Under the pieces are notes generated by a model. It was not told the origin of the DNA. It searched no databases and saw nothing but the letters and a program-made list of their open reading frames with translations. This document shows positions 25,789-34,253 of a DNA stretch of 64,000 nucleotides, in pieces. The translations under genes were made by a program, and so were the position numbers. Origin of the DNA: a virus (lineage: Duplodnaviria; Caudoviricetes); IMG/VR virus record IMGVR_UViG_3300027914_001163, positions 96,001-160,000 of that record; one strand, 5' to 3'. The number at the start of each line of letters is the position of its first letter. Within the stretch, counting starts at the first letter, position 1.

Positions 25789-26982
25789 ATGGTTTATGTA
25801 ATCAATATGCGTGGTAATCCGTTGATGCCATGCAGTTGTCGAAAGGCAAGAGTGCTTTTAAAAAACAAAAAAGCAAAAGTAGCACAACGGTCTCCATTTA
25901 CAATTCAACTGCTTTATGCAACAGGAGAAACCACGGAACCAATAACGTTAGGATTTGATCCGGGTTATGCTCATGATGGTTTTTCAGCCAGGACTGCAAC
26001 TTGTGAATTAATTTCAGGAGAGTTGGAACACGAAAACGGAATGTCCAAGAGGCTACAAGAACGTAGTATGTATCGTCGCAACAGAAGAAGCAGATTGTGG
26101 CATAGACCTCCCCGATGGAGAAATAGAACAGCATCGAAAAAAGAAGGATGGCTTCCTCCTTCTACACAACGCAGATTAAATACTCATGCATCTTTGATTA
26201 AAAAAATAACAAGAATATTACCTGTTACTGATCTTATTATTGAAATAGCAAAATTCGATATTCAAAAAATTGAAAATCCAGAAATTGAAGGGATGCAATA
26301 TCAACAAGGTTCCCTATATCAATATAGAAATAGGATTGCATTTTTAATAGCACGAGAGCATGGCAAGTGTCAGTATTGCCATAAAGAATATAATAAAAAC
26401 GATGGTTGGAGACTGCACCATATATGGGGAAAATCCAAAGATCGTTCTCAAGATTGGGCATTGGTTCACGAATCATGCCACAAAAAATTGCACTTGAATA
26501 AAGAAGAAGGTATTTTACAAAAAGCAAAAAGCAAAAGTTATAAAAATGCAACATATATGAATGTTGTTCGCAACCGAATAAAACAATTATATCCAATGGC
26601 TCAATTCACATATGGCTATATCACATTTCAAAATAGAGTAGATTTACAATTACCGAAAACACATTATAATGACGCTTTTGTAATATCGGGCGGGACAAAT
26701 CAAGAGCGTATCAAACCTTTTAATATTATACAAAAGAAAAAAAACAATCGCTGTCTTCAAATAAATAGGCAAGGATACAAACCAAGTATAAGAAGAAAAA
26801 GATATAAAATTCAACCTAAAGATAGTGTGTGGATTGAAGGCAAGGAATATATTTCCAAAGGATGCCAATCTTACGGAAAATATGTATGTGTTATTGGATA
26901 TAAAAAGAAAGTAATATCTATAGATAAAATTGAAAAATATTTTAATGCTAAAACATTAAGATGGGATTTTTTATCCGCTTAA
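25789..26982 (+). CDS. iscB: IscB RNA-guided endonuclease (PLMP, split RuvC, bridge helix, HNH), 397 aa
   Basis: MVYVINMRGNPLMP, LGFDPG, RSMYRRNRRSR, WLPPS, IEIAKFD, CQYC..LHH..CHKKLH, THYNDA; the in-frame extension from 25399 is the ncRNA. Confidence 0.93.
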   Translation: MVYVINMRGNPLMPCSCRKARVLLKNKKAKVAQRSPFTIQLLYATGETTEPITLGFDPGYAHDGFSARTATCELISGELEHENGMSKRLQERSMYRRNRRSRLWHRPPRWRNRTASKKEGWLPPSTQRRLNTHASLIKKITRILPVTDLIIEIAKFDIQKIENPEIEGMQYQQGSLYQYRNRIAFLIAREHGKCQYCHKEYNKNDGWRLHHIWGKSKDRSQDWALVHESCHKKLHLNKEEGILQKAKSKSYKNATYMNVVRNRIKQLYPMAQFTYGYITFQNRVDLQLPKTHYNDAFVISGGTNQERIKPFNIIQKKKNNRCLQINRQGYKPSIRRKRYKIQPKDSVWIEGKEYISKGCQSYGKYVCVIGYKKKVISIDKIEKYFNAKTLRWDFLSA

Positions 26983-28785
26983 AAAGTCTTCCATTTCCTT
27001 TTCAGAGACGGCGTAGCCCATAGCAGCCATTTGTTCAATCATCTCACGTTTTTGGTCATCAAGTTCGCTCATATCGAAACGGTCTTCCCAATATTTCAAC
27101 GTTCGCTTCTTCATGGCCTGTGCTTCTTTTTCAGCATCAGTCAGTTCACGGTTGTCCATCTCATTGCCGACCAGGATTCCAATCGGTGACTCGGCAATAT
27201 ATCGATTGGTTGAAACAGCCCATCCGTAATTCACCAGGTAACAGAACTGCGCCAGCGAGAGCACGATGTCATCATGTCCGCTACCGAGAGCCTTGATTTT
27301 TCCATTCTTGGAATATCCAAAGTTTCGAAGTTCATTGATTAATCTCTGGCTCTTAATAAGCAACTCGTGATTGCTGAGAATGGTCTGCATATACACAATG
27401 GCTTGACTCCTGGTGGTGATACCCATAGGAAAACCGGCCTTGTAGACATGCTTTGAATGTTTATGGAAATAAAAGTTCTCGTAGTAGATAACCTTCTCAA
27501 AGTATTCAACCACTCCAACACCCAAGCCGTTGTTCTCAATTGAAAGCTTGGCATTGTTGAAATATTTCGCCACAACCTCTATGATCTTTTTGTATGTTTC
27601 AAGATCGACCTTTTCGTTCCTGAATTCTGCCGCCTGTTCCATTGTTTCCAGATTGATGACGATAAAGGCAGAGGAGCAATCACCAACACCCTTTGCAACG
27701 TCAGCAGTAATGCAGTATTCAGTATCAGGCTTGACATCTTCCCAAAACCACAAGCCACGAATGTAATGGAATGCAGGATCAAATTCATCTCTGAGTTGGC
27801 CGACATCGTTCAAATCCTTTATATAGCCCTCATCGTCAACGTCAGCAGGATACAGGAAGTCACACCGTATAGGATGGACTGCTTTGAGTTCCTTGAGCAC
27901 ATAGGCCGGTAATAGAGCGTTATCACTGTCAATAGGCTCTTCTCCCAAGACCTCAATGGCGTATCGCTTTGGTCCCAAGATGTCCAACTGCTCCTTGTGC
28001 CATGCTTCGTTCTGATAAAACGGTATGTCTCCGGTTTCAACTTCAATCAGTTCATATTCGCCATCATCTGGATTTTCCCTGGCGGTATTCAGGAGCCTGA
28101 TATAATCATTGTCGATAATACCATCATGCGGATAGGTTGATATGAAGAATATCTGAGAGAACAACGCATCGGGAGAGTTCTTTATCAGTGCGCCGGTACT
28201 GGTTGCCGGTACAACAGCAGATAATACGTCCGGCATGTTCTTATAAAAAGCGCACTCATCCAGGACGACCATACTGGCAGCTTCACCACGGACAGGATTC
28301 GAGGAGTGAGCCAGACTGGTAATCTGAGAGTTGTTATGCTCGAAGACCATGCACGTTGCCGCATCCTGCTTGGTTTTTTGCTTCATCCATATTGGCAAGT
28401 GATTGTACATGAATTTCAATTTCTTCAGCATGGAAGAACTCTCTCGCTGTGTTAACGATAGGAAATAGATGTCCTGGTTATCAAAGAAGAGCGCACGATA
28501 CAGCGCATAAGCCATCGTTGTGGTTGATGCTGATACCTGGCGCATCTTCTTGAATATGACGTAGCGTTTGCGCAGAAAGTTGCTTGTCGCTTCCTGTTGC
28601 CATTGATACGCAAAGTCTTTCATATATAATTTACCACCGGCTTGCATTGACGGCATGTAAATGTAATTCATGAAGAAATAGTTGAATCCGCTGTAGTCGC
28701 AGACATTGGTGATTTTATTGATCTCATCTCCGATCTGCGCCATCGTGAGTTTTGACATCGGATGTACGAATTTGGTGCTTGCCAT
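26971..28785 (-). CDS. terL: terminase large subunit
   Basis: KMRQ P-loop region, VVLDECAF, IST coupling motif, ADVAKG..D, IENNG, HDD. Confidence 0.93.
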   Translation of the reverse strand: MASTKFVHPMSKLTMAQIGDEINKITNVCDYSGFNYFFMNYIYMPSMQAGGKLYMKDFAYQWQQEATSNFLRKRYVIFKKMRQVSASTTTMAYALYRALFFDNQDIYFLSLTQRESSSMLKKLKFMYNHLPIWMKQKTKQDAATCMVFEHNNSQITSLAHSSNPVRGEAASMVVLDECAFYKNMPDVLSAVVPATSTGALIKNSPDALFSQIFFISTYPHDGIIDNDYIRLLNTARENPDDGEYELIEVETGDIPFYQNEAWHKEQLDILGPKRYAIEVLGEEPIDSDNALLPAYVLKELKAVHPIRCDFLYPADVDDEGYIKDLNDVGQLRDEFDPAFHYIRGLWFWEDVKPDTEYCITADVAKGVGDCSSAFIVINLETMEQAAEFRNEKVDLETYKKIIEVVAKYFNNAKLSIENNGLGVGVVEYFEKVIYYENFYFHKHSKHVYKAGFPMGITTRSQAIVYMQTILSNHELLIKSQRLINELRNFGYSKNGKIKALGSGHDDIVLSLAQFCYLVNYGWAVSTNRYIAESPIGILVGNEMDNRELTDAEKEAQAMKKRTLKYWEDRFDMSELDDQKREMIEQMAAMGYAVSEKEMEDFLSG

Positions 28786-29045
28786 TGTTTTTTCTTCTTA
28801 TACAATTTTTTCCAACTCTTTGAACTCAGACACGAGATTCTTTTCTCAATGTTCCAACTGTCCAAAAAGTGTGGTGATCTGCAACGTCGAAGTTTAACGT
28901 CTTCTTCCATATCCTTGAACCAACGTCTTTGTTCCTGGTTTGTTGGAATGCGACGATATTGCCGATCATGCTTTGAAACCATCCAATATTCATAACATGG
29001 ATAGTCGTAATACTTGTGCTGATAATTGTTCCAGTATTCTATCAT
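28668..29045 (-). CDS. small basic hypothetical protein
   Basis: GGAGG RBS; TNQEQRR...SW...KSWK..QW; 3' end overlaps the terL start. Confidence 0.6.
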   Translation of the reverse strand: MIEYWNNYQHKYYDYPCYEYWMVSKHDRQYRRIPTNQEQRRWFKDMEEDVKLRRCRSPHFLDSWNIEKRISCLSSKSWKKLYKKKKQWQAPNSYIRCQNSRWRRSEMRSIKSPMSATTADSTISS

Positions 29046-29108
29046 AATGCCTCCTAACGTTTAAAACGTTAACAGACATCTTTCCATTGCATCATTATCT
29101 TGTTCATA

Positions 29109-29477
29109 TTATTCCACTTTTTTAAAATTGTTAAATTGCAATGTTACGCCCCAAGGGTCTTTACTGCCTTTATATAAATCATCAACTGCAATATGACATT
29201 GATATTTTCCTGAGATCGGAGTTATAGAACTTTGAATTGAATGTATCTTTTTATAATGGGCTTTAAATGTTATCACAAAGAATTCAAATTCTTCATCGTC
29301 GTTCTTTTCGACTTGAACATCTATTCCGCCGTTTTGTTTAATGGCTCGTTTAATATCATTTTTTGCTCTTTTAAATATTGAGTTCGGCCTGACAACAACA
29401 ACCCACTTAACCATAGCATGACTATGTTCTTTCGGAATGTCGTGTACCGCCTCAAGATAATCTTTAAACTGCTTCAT
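29109..29477 (-). CDS. putative internal head protein (CTS-like leader)
   Basis: MKQFKDYLEAVH. Confidence 0.7.
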   Translation of the reverse strand: MKQFKDYLEAVHDIPKEHSHAMVKWVVVVRPNSIFKRAKNDIKRAIKQNGGIDVQVEKNDDEEFEFFVITFKAHYKKIHSIQSSITPISGKYQCHIAVDDLYKGSKDPWGVTLQFNNFKKVE

Positions 29478-29479
29478 GT

Positions 29480-29857
29480 TTATTCACCGCCATATTTAAT
29501 CATCCACTGCCGGTCCTTATTCCTGGGAGAGAAACCACGTTCAGGATATGCAAATCGCAAGTTGTAGGTATGCTTTCCAACACGAATGTCAATCATGGTT
29601 CGTGGTTTAATGATCGAAAAGTAATTAACTTTTTCATAGTTAATTGTATTGAACTCATCAGGTAAATCAAGCAGACGTATTGCATGTTCCGGTGTTTCAA
29701 TCTTGGTGGCCATGCGCTTCATTGCAAGACCAGCACGATCATCTCCAAGGCTTTCCCAAACAGATACATAGATCGTTTTGCCGTTCCAGTATTTTATTTT
29801 TTGTTTAAGGTTTTCAATTCCCTCAAGTGCTTCAAGGTATTGTTTAAGTGTTTTCAT
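29480..29857 (-). CDS. putative internal head protein (CTS-like leader)
   Basis: MKTLKQYLEA. Confidence 0.7.
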   Translation of the reverse strand: MKTLKQYLEALEGIENLKQKIKYWNGKTIYVSVWESLGDDRAGLAMKRMATKIETPEHAIRLLDLPDEFNTINYEKVNYFSIIKPRTMIDIRVGKHTYNLRFAYPERGFSPRNKDRQWMIKYGGE

Positions 29858-30162
29858 ATTACCTGTGGCCGATAATTATTAAAAATGTTAAAATCAAATT
29901 TCGAAGCATCATACATCTTATTGGCTATCTCGTGTATGAGTTTTTGTGGTGCTTTAAAATCAACAACCTCGGATTTTGACCATTCAGAACTGGATATTTT
30001 ATCATGGGAAACGTTTGTACCGCCAGCCTTTTCAATGGCCTGAATCAATTCCTCGATTGAACATTCGCTTTCTGTAGGGTCAAACCGAAACCACCACTTT
30101 TCCAGTTTGTTTTTGGGATCAATGGTATGGGCGGCTTCGAGATAATATTGAAAAGTTTTCAT
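29854..30162 (-). CDS. putative internal head protein (CTS-like leader)
   Basis: MKTFQYYLEAAH. Confidence 0.7.
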   Translation of the reverse strand: MKTFQYYLEAAHTIDPKNKLEKWWFRFDPTESECSIEELIQAIEKAGGTNVSHDKISSSEWSKSEVVDFKAPQKLIHEIANKMYDASKFDFNIFNNYRPQVI

Positions 30163-30172
30163 TGTTTTATCC

Positions 30173-30201
30173 TTGACACAAATGTATATTATGGATAGAA
30201 T
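30173..30201 (+). promoter_or_regulatory. sigma70-type promoter
   Basis: TTGACA-N17-TAGAAT ahead of a plus-strand gene island. Confidence 0.7.
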
Positions 30202-30423
30202 GTGAAAAATTCTTAATTATTCAGGGAGATAGGTAATGGAATACAATGCCATGATTGAACATATCAGCAGCTTCAAACGTTTTGGTATTGAACAACCTTG
30301 TCGATTTTGTGAAGAGCCTACTACCTGTCGTTGTGGATGCTGTCATAGTATTGAATGTAATAAAAAGTTGTGTAAGATAGAAGGCGAAAGATTAAAAGAA
30401 TTGTTGTATTAAGGAGATAGGCG

Positions 30424-30651
30424 ATGGAGTATGATGTGGAACGAGTAATAGAAATATGGCCTAATGATAAAGGTTGGCATCTTGAAGTTGGAAAAGATCG
30501 AGACTGTTTGGGGCTGGTTGAGATACGATTGCACGATGACGAGAAAAAGGATATACCGGCCAGGATAGTTCTGGATCGTGCAGGAGCCGTGACACTGGCC
30601 AATATGATTATAGAATTCTGCAATCAGAATGACAATTTTAAAGGTGTTTGA
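30424..30651 (+). CDS. hypothetical protein
   Basis: AAGGAG RBS. Confidence 0.65.
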   Translation: MEYDVERVIEIWPNDKGWHLEVGKDRDCLGLVEIRLHDDEKKDIPARIVLDRAGAVTLANMIIEFCNQNDNFKGV

Positions 30652-30836
30652 TATGAAAAAAATATCAGAATATTCCAGTCTGAGTCAGGTTCCATTGGAA
30701 CATCCAGATGTTAAATTTGTTTGTATGTGTCCTGCAATAATATGTGGTGACGCAGTGGGAGATAGAGGCTGTCTTGGGATTGACCACCAAAATTCAGAAT
30801 GTAATTTTATGAAAGACAAATAATAGGAATAATATC

Positions 30837-31052
30837 ATGCGACAGACCAACAAGATAAAAGAAGAGCCGAAGATGGTAAAAAGTTTATCGCTTGCGGCAT
30901 TTGAAAAACTCGTGCAGTCCATAGATTCATTCAGAAACAGCGGTGACGTAGAGTTAGATGATGATTCACTTGACATACAATTTTACGACAATGGGGAAAT
31001 CATACTGGTTGGAAAATTTTTTATTTATGATCAACAACGAGTTATTCTGTAG
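30837..31052 (+). CDS. hypothetical protein
   Basis: AGGA RBS. Confidence 0.6.
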   Translation: MRQTNKIKEEPKMVKSLSLAAFEKLVQSIDSFRNSGDVELDDDSLDIQFYDNGEIILVGKFFIYDQQRVIL

Positions 31053-31061
31053 GAGCGGGTT

Positions 31062-31346
31062 ATGAAAATTTATGCCGATCATATTCTCAGTTTAAATAGA
31101 TTACGCTTTGGTGGCGGTGATTTTTTAATAGAATGTTATGTTGGTCCAGTTGGTTTTTATCGAGGATTAATTATAATGCTATATGATTTTACCTTATTAG
31201 TTCGACGAAAGCAATGGGTTCTTATGCCAGTTCAATATTATAATGAAGTGGAGCAGTTTGAAAAAGAATTCGCTGAGATTACAGGATTCACATTACATCT
31301 TGGAAAACAATTGTATGATCATAAATTTGTAATCGTGGAGCCTTAA
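31062..31346 (+). CDS. hypothetical protein
   Basis: AGGAG RBS. Confidence 0.6.
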   Translation: MKIYADHILSLNRLRFGGGDFLIECYVGPVGFYRGLIIMLYDFTLLVRRKQWVLMPVQYYNEVEQFEKEFAEITGFTLHLGKQLYDHKFVIVEP

Positions 31347-32218
31347 TGGAACCGTGGCAACTTGAATTCCGGCGCAGACTCCCTCTCGACATTAAAATAA
31401 AGATGTCTCTCCGGCGCATCAAGTTATATTACGATCACTTTGAAGGAGACGTGTATGTTGCTTTCAGTGGAGGAAAAGACTCTACAGTCTTATTGCACTT
31501 GGTTAGACAGATATATCCAGACGTTGTTGGAGTCTATGTTAATACCGGCCTCGAATTTCCAGAAATCAATGAGTTCGTGCAGACCATTCCAAACGTTGTC
31601 ACTATCAAACCCAAGATGTCTTTCTATCAAGTCATCAAAGACTACGGTTATCCCCTGATCTCCAAAGAGCAAGCGCAGTACATTCGTCAGTACCGCACGG
31701 CCAAGAGTGAGAAGACCAAGACAACCAGAATGGAAGGTAACTCATACGGCAGGGGAAAGATAAGCGAGAAGTGGAAATTCCTGGTCGATGCTCCATTTAA
31801 GATTTCAGAACAGTGCTGTGACATCATGAAAAAACGACCATCGTATGCGTTTGAAAAGAAGACCGGTCTCCATCCAATCCTCGGCGTTATGGCAGATAAT
31901 TCATCCAAGCGTCACCAGGATTTCTTGAAGTATGGTTGCAACGCCTTTGAAAGTAAGCGACCAATATCCAGACCGATAGGATTCTGGACTGACGACGATA
32001 TATGGGAATACATCAAGTTATACAACCTTCCCTATTGCAATATCTACGACAAAGGATACAAGAATACCGGCTGTGTCTTTTGCGCTTTTGGAATATTTCA
32101 GGGCAACAAGAAGTTTGAATTGATGGAGAAGACCCACCCGCAGTTATATAAGTATTGCATGGAGAAGTTGGGCCTGGGCGAGATGATTAAATATATTGAG
32201 AAGAGAGGAGAGATATGA
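31346..32218 (+). CDS. PAPS reductase family protein
   Basis: VAFSGGKDSTV PP-loop, NTGLEFPE, CC..MKK, TGCVFC. Confidence 0.88.
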   Translation: MEPWQLEFRRRLPLDIKIKMSLRRIKLYYDHFEGDVYVAFSGGKDSTVLLHLVRQIYPDVVGVYVNTGLEFPEINEFVQTIPNVVTIKPKMSFYQVIKDYGYPLISKEQAQYIRQYRTAKSEKTKTTRMEGNSYGRGKISEKWKFLVDAPFKISEQCCDIMKKRPSYAFEKKTGLHPILGVMADNSSKRHQDFLKYGCNAFESKRPISRPIGFWTDDDIWEYIKLYNLPYCNIYDKGYKNTGCVFCAFGIFQGNKKFELMEKTHPQLYKYCMEKLGLGEMIKYIEKRGEI

Positions 32219-32406
32219 AAATAGATTTCAGAGAAGGAATGAAGTGTCTCTCGTGCGGTAAACAGAATCACTTCGGAACAATTCATTTTGGAACATACGT
32301 CACGCTTGCCAATTACTGTTGTATCTGTGGCTTCGCTGCTCAACTGGCCATTCCAGAAAGAGGATACTCGATTGAATATAGGGCGGTGAAAGATGATGAA
32401 GGTTAG
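32215..32406 (+). CDS. small Zn-ribbon protein
   Basis: CLSC...CCIC. Confidence 0.55.
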   Translation: MKIDFREGMKCLSCGKQNHFGTIHFGTYVTLANYCCICGFAAQLAIPERGYSIEYRAVKDDEG

Positions 32407-32762
32407 AACTCTTTGAAGCGCAACTGATCATTGTCGTTGGGTATTCGAATATGCCATCCCATGTCGTAATGATTCTCAATAAAAATATAATCCATGTTTT
32501 TAAAATCTTTTCTGTACTCTTCTATGATAGGAGTAAGTTTCTCAGCCAGACCTCGTAACTGAGATTTTGCCATTCTAATCAGCATACCGCCATAGTTCTT
32601 CGCCAGGAATTCATCCGTGTAATCTTTAAATGAAATTCCCTCTGCCTTGAGAACTTTTTGAATGTCTTTATATATGACTATGGGCGTGTGTAATTCAAAC
32701 GTTTGAATAGTGTTATTCTTTGATTGCTGTACGACTGCTTCAAGATAGTTATTGAAACTCAT
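32403..32762 (-). CDS. putative internal head protein (CTS-like leader)
   Basis: MSFNNYLEAV. Confidence 0.7.
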   Translation of the reverse strand: MSFNNYLEAVVQQSKNNTIQTFELHTPIVIYKDIQKVLKAEGISFKDYTDEFLAKNYGGMLIRMAKSQLRGLAEKLTPIIEEYRKDFKNMDYIFIENHYDMGWHIRIPNDNDQLRFKEF

Positions 32763-33051
32763 TGTAATAATCCTTCACGGTAATCATTGGATCGTATGTG
32801 AACAACCCATCTTTGATATAATAGAGTGATGACGGAGAGGCTTTGAATACAATAATGTTTCCCTGGTACTTCCCAAGATAGTGCATCTCTCCGTGTATGT
32901 CCTTTCCGCCGTATGCTTTGATAATTTCAGCAGCTTTTGTGACAATCTTATTATCCAGGAAAAGATTTTTCATATGATACGCAAAATACTTATGCGATGG
33001 TTCAGGACGTTCTTTCTGCATGGTCTCTATGTAATAGTTTAATGTTTTCAT
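32749..33051 (-). CDS. putative internal head protein (CTS-like leader)
   Basis: MKTLNYYIE. Confidence 0.7.
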   Translation of the reverse strand: MKTLNYYIETMQKERPEPSHKYFAYHMKNLFLDNKIVTKAAEIIKAYGGKDIHGEMHYLGKYQGNIIVFKASPSSLYYIKDGLFTYDPMITVKDYYNEFQ

Positions 33052-33428
33052 TAGAAGTCGTTGTAATCTGGATTATAAAAATTTCTAAATCGTATATACG
33101 GTTTTAGTCCTGGATAATCATAATCCAGTTCGCTTTGTAAAACATTGTATATCTTTTCTCGTATAGTTTCGAGTTTGCTTTTTTGAGATTTGAATGTATA
33201 CTTTATTGAAGCATAATTCTTAACAGAACTTTGCCATTGGGTATTCTCAAGTGTTACGCCTGTTGATTCTATTGCCTTTTTAATATCACGATTTATTCTT
33301 TGGACATCTTCTTGGTTATTCTTTTTAGAAAGTCCTATGATTCCAAAGTTTACAATGCAGAACCATTTATCTATTCGTTCTGTTGGAGCCTGGTGTACGG
33401 CCTCAAGATAGTCGGTAAAGGTTTTCAT
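33051..33428 (-). CDS. putative internal head protein (CTS-like leader)
   Basis: MKTFTDYLEAVH. Confidence 0.7.
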   Translation of the reverse strand: MKTFTDYLEAVHQAPTERIDKWFCIVNFGIIGLSKKNNQEDVQRINRDIKKAIESTGVTLENTQWQSSVKNYASIKYTFKSQKSKLETIREKIYNVLQSELDYDYPGLKPYIRFRNFYNPDYNDF

Positions 33429-33832
33429 TCTTCGATTCCCTTTCTTACTGTTTCGCCTAATTCATTTTTTTGTTTTTTAAAATTCCACTCTTCTTGCGGT
33501 TTATCTCCCCAAGCCAACACTTTGTAAAGATGATTATGATCCAATCTATCTTGAAATCTAACTTCCTTTCCTTGTACTTTATCAATCCTTAAATAATCTT
33601 GAAGTTCTTTTAGGGTTTTAATAAGTTTATTTTGAGATATTTTAATATCCAACAATGATGAAGTTTTAGTCCATTGCCTTTTTCGAATAATAACTCCATT
33701 GTTTTCTATGATTTTGATTATTTCTGAATCTGGTTCTTGAGGATGATTAAATATTAAAACTTCAACAATATATGATTGTGAACGTTCAGGTGTTTGGTGT
33801 ACGGCCTCAAGATAGTCATTAAAGGTTTTCAT
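33425..33832 (-). CDS. putative internal head protein (CTS-like leader)
   Basis: MKTFNDYLEAVH (start adjusted). Confidence 0.7.
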   Translation of the reverse strand: MKTFNDYLEAVHQTPERSQSYIVEVLIFNHPQEPDSEIIKIIENNGVIIRKRQWTKTSSLLDIKISQNKLIKTLKELQDYLRIDKVQGKEVRFQDRLDHNHLYKVLAWGDKPQEEWNFKKQKNELGETVRKGIEE

Positions 33833-33871
33833 GCATTGTAACATTCCAATTGTTATCGTGCGACTTTTGTG

Positions 33872-34252
33872 TTATCGTACCGTATCGATTCCCGGTGTCA
33901 CGTTCTTATGTGTATAATAATTAACGATCTGAATAAAGAACTTGCTCTTGAAAGGAATTATATTACGGTCATCATTCGCAAGTTTGGTATAGATGTCATT
34001 GATCGAAGACTCCGGTGCTTTAAATGTTACCGTCTTCATTTCTCTCTTCTGCGGATCATTCTTCGAGATTACCAACTCCAGGCGTACATCCTTTCCACCG
34101 GCTTCCTCAATGATTGCTTTGAACAATGGAAAGTCTTTGACATAATTGTTGTCATAGTTGCGTTTCCCTCCCAAGTACACACGATTCGGAATGAACCATT
34201 TCTCGGCCTTGGCGGGAGTTGTATGGACAGCCTCAAGGAAGTGTTTCAACAT
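33872..34252 (-). CDS. putative internal head protein (CTS-like leader)
   Basis: MLKHFLEAVH. Confidence 0.7.
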   Translation of the reverse strand: MLKHFLEAVHTTPAKAEKWFIPNRVYLGGKRNYDNNYVKDFPLFKAIIEEAGGKDVRLELVISKNDPQKREMKTVTFKAPESSINDIYTKLANDDRNIIPFKSKFFIQIVNYYTHKNVTPGIDTVR

Positions 34253-34253
34253 A

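Noticed and set aside
28668-28785. Programmed frameshift or intron joining the 29045 ORF to terL
   Set aside because: TerL has its own ATG and a complete motif set; the overlap is most simply run-on of the upstream ORF.
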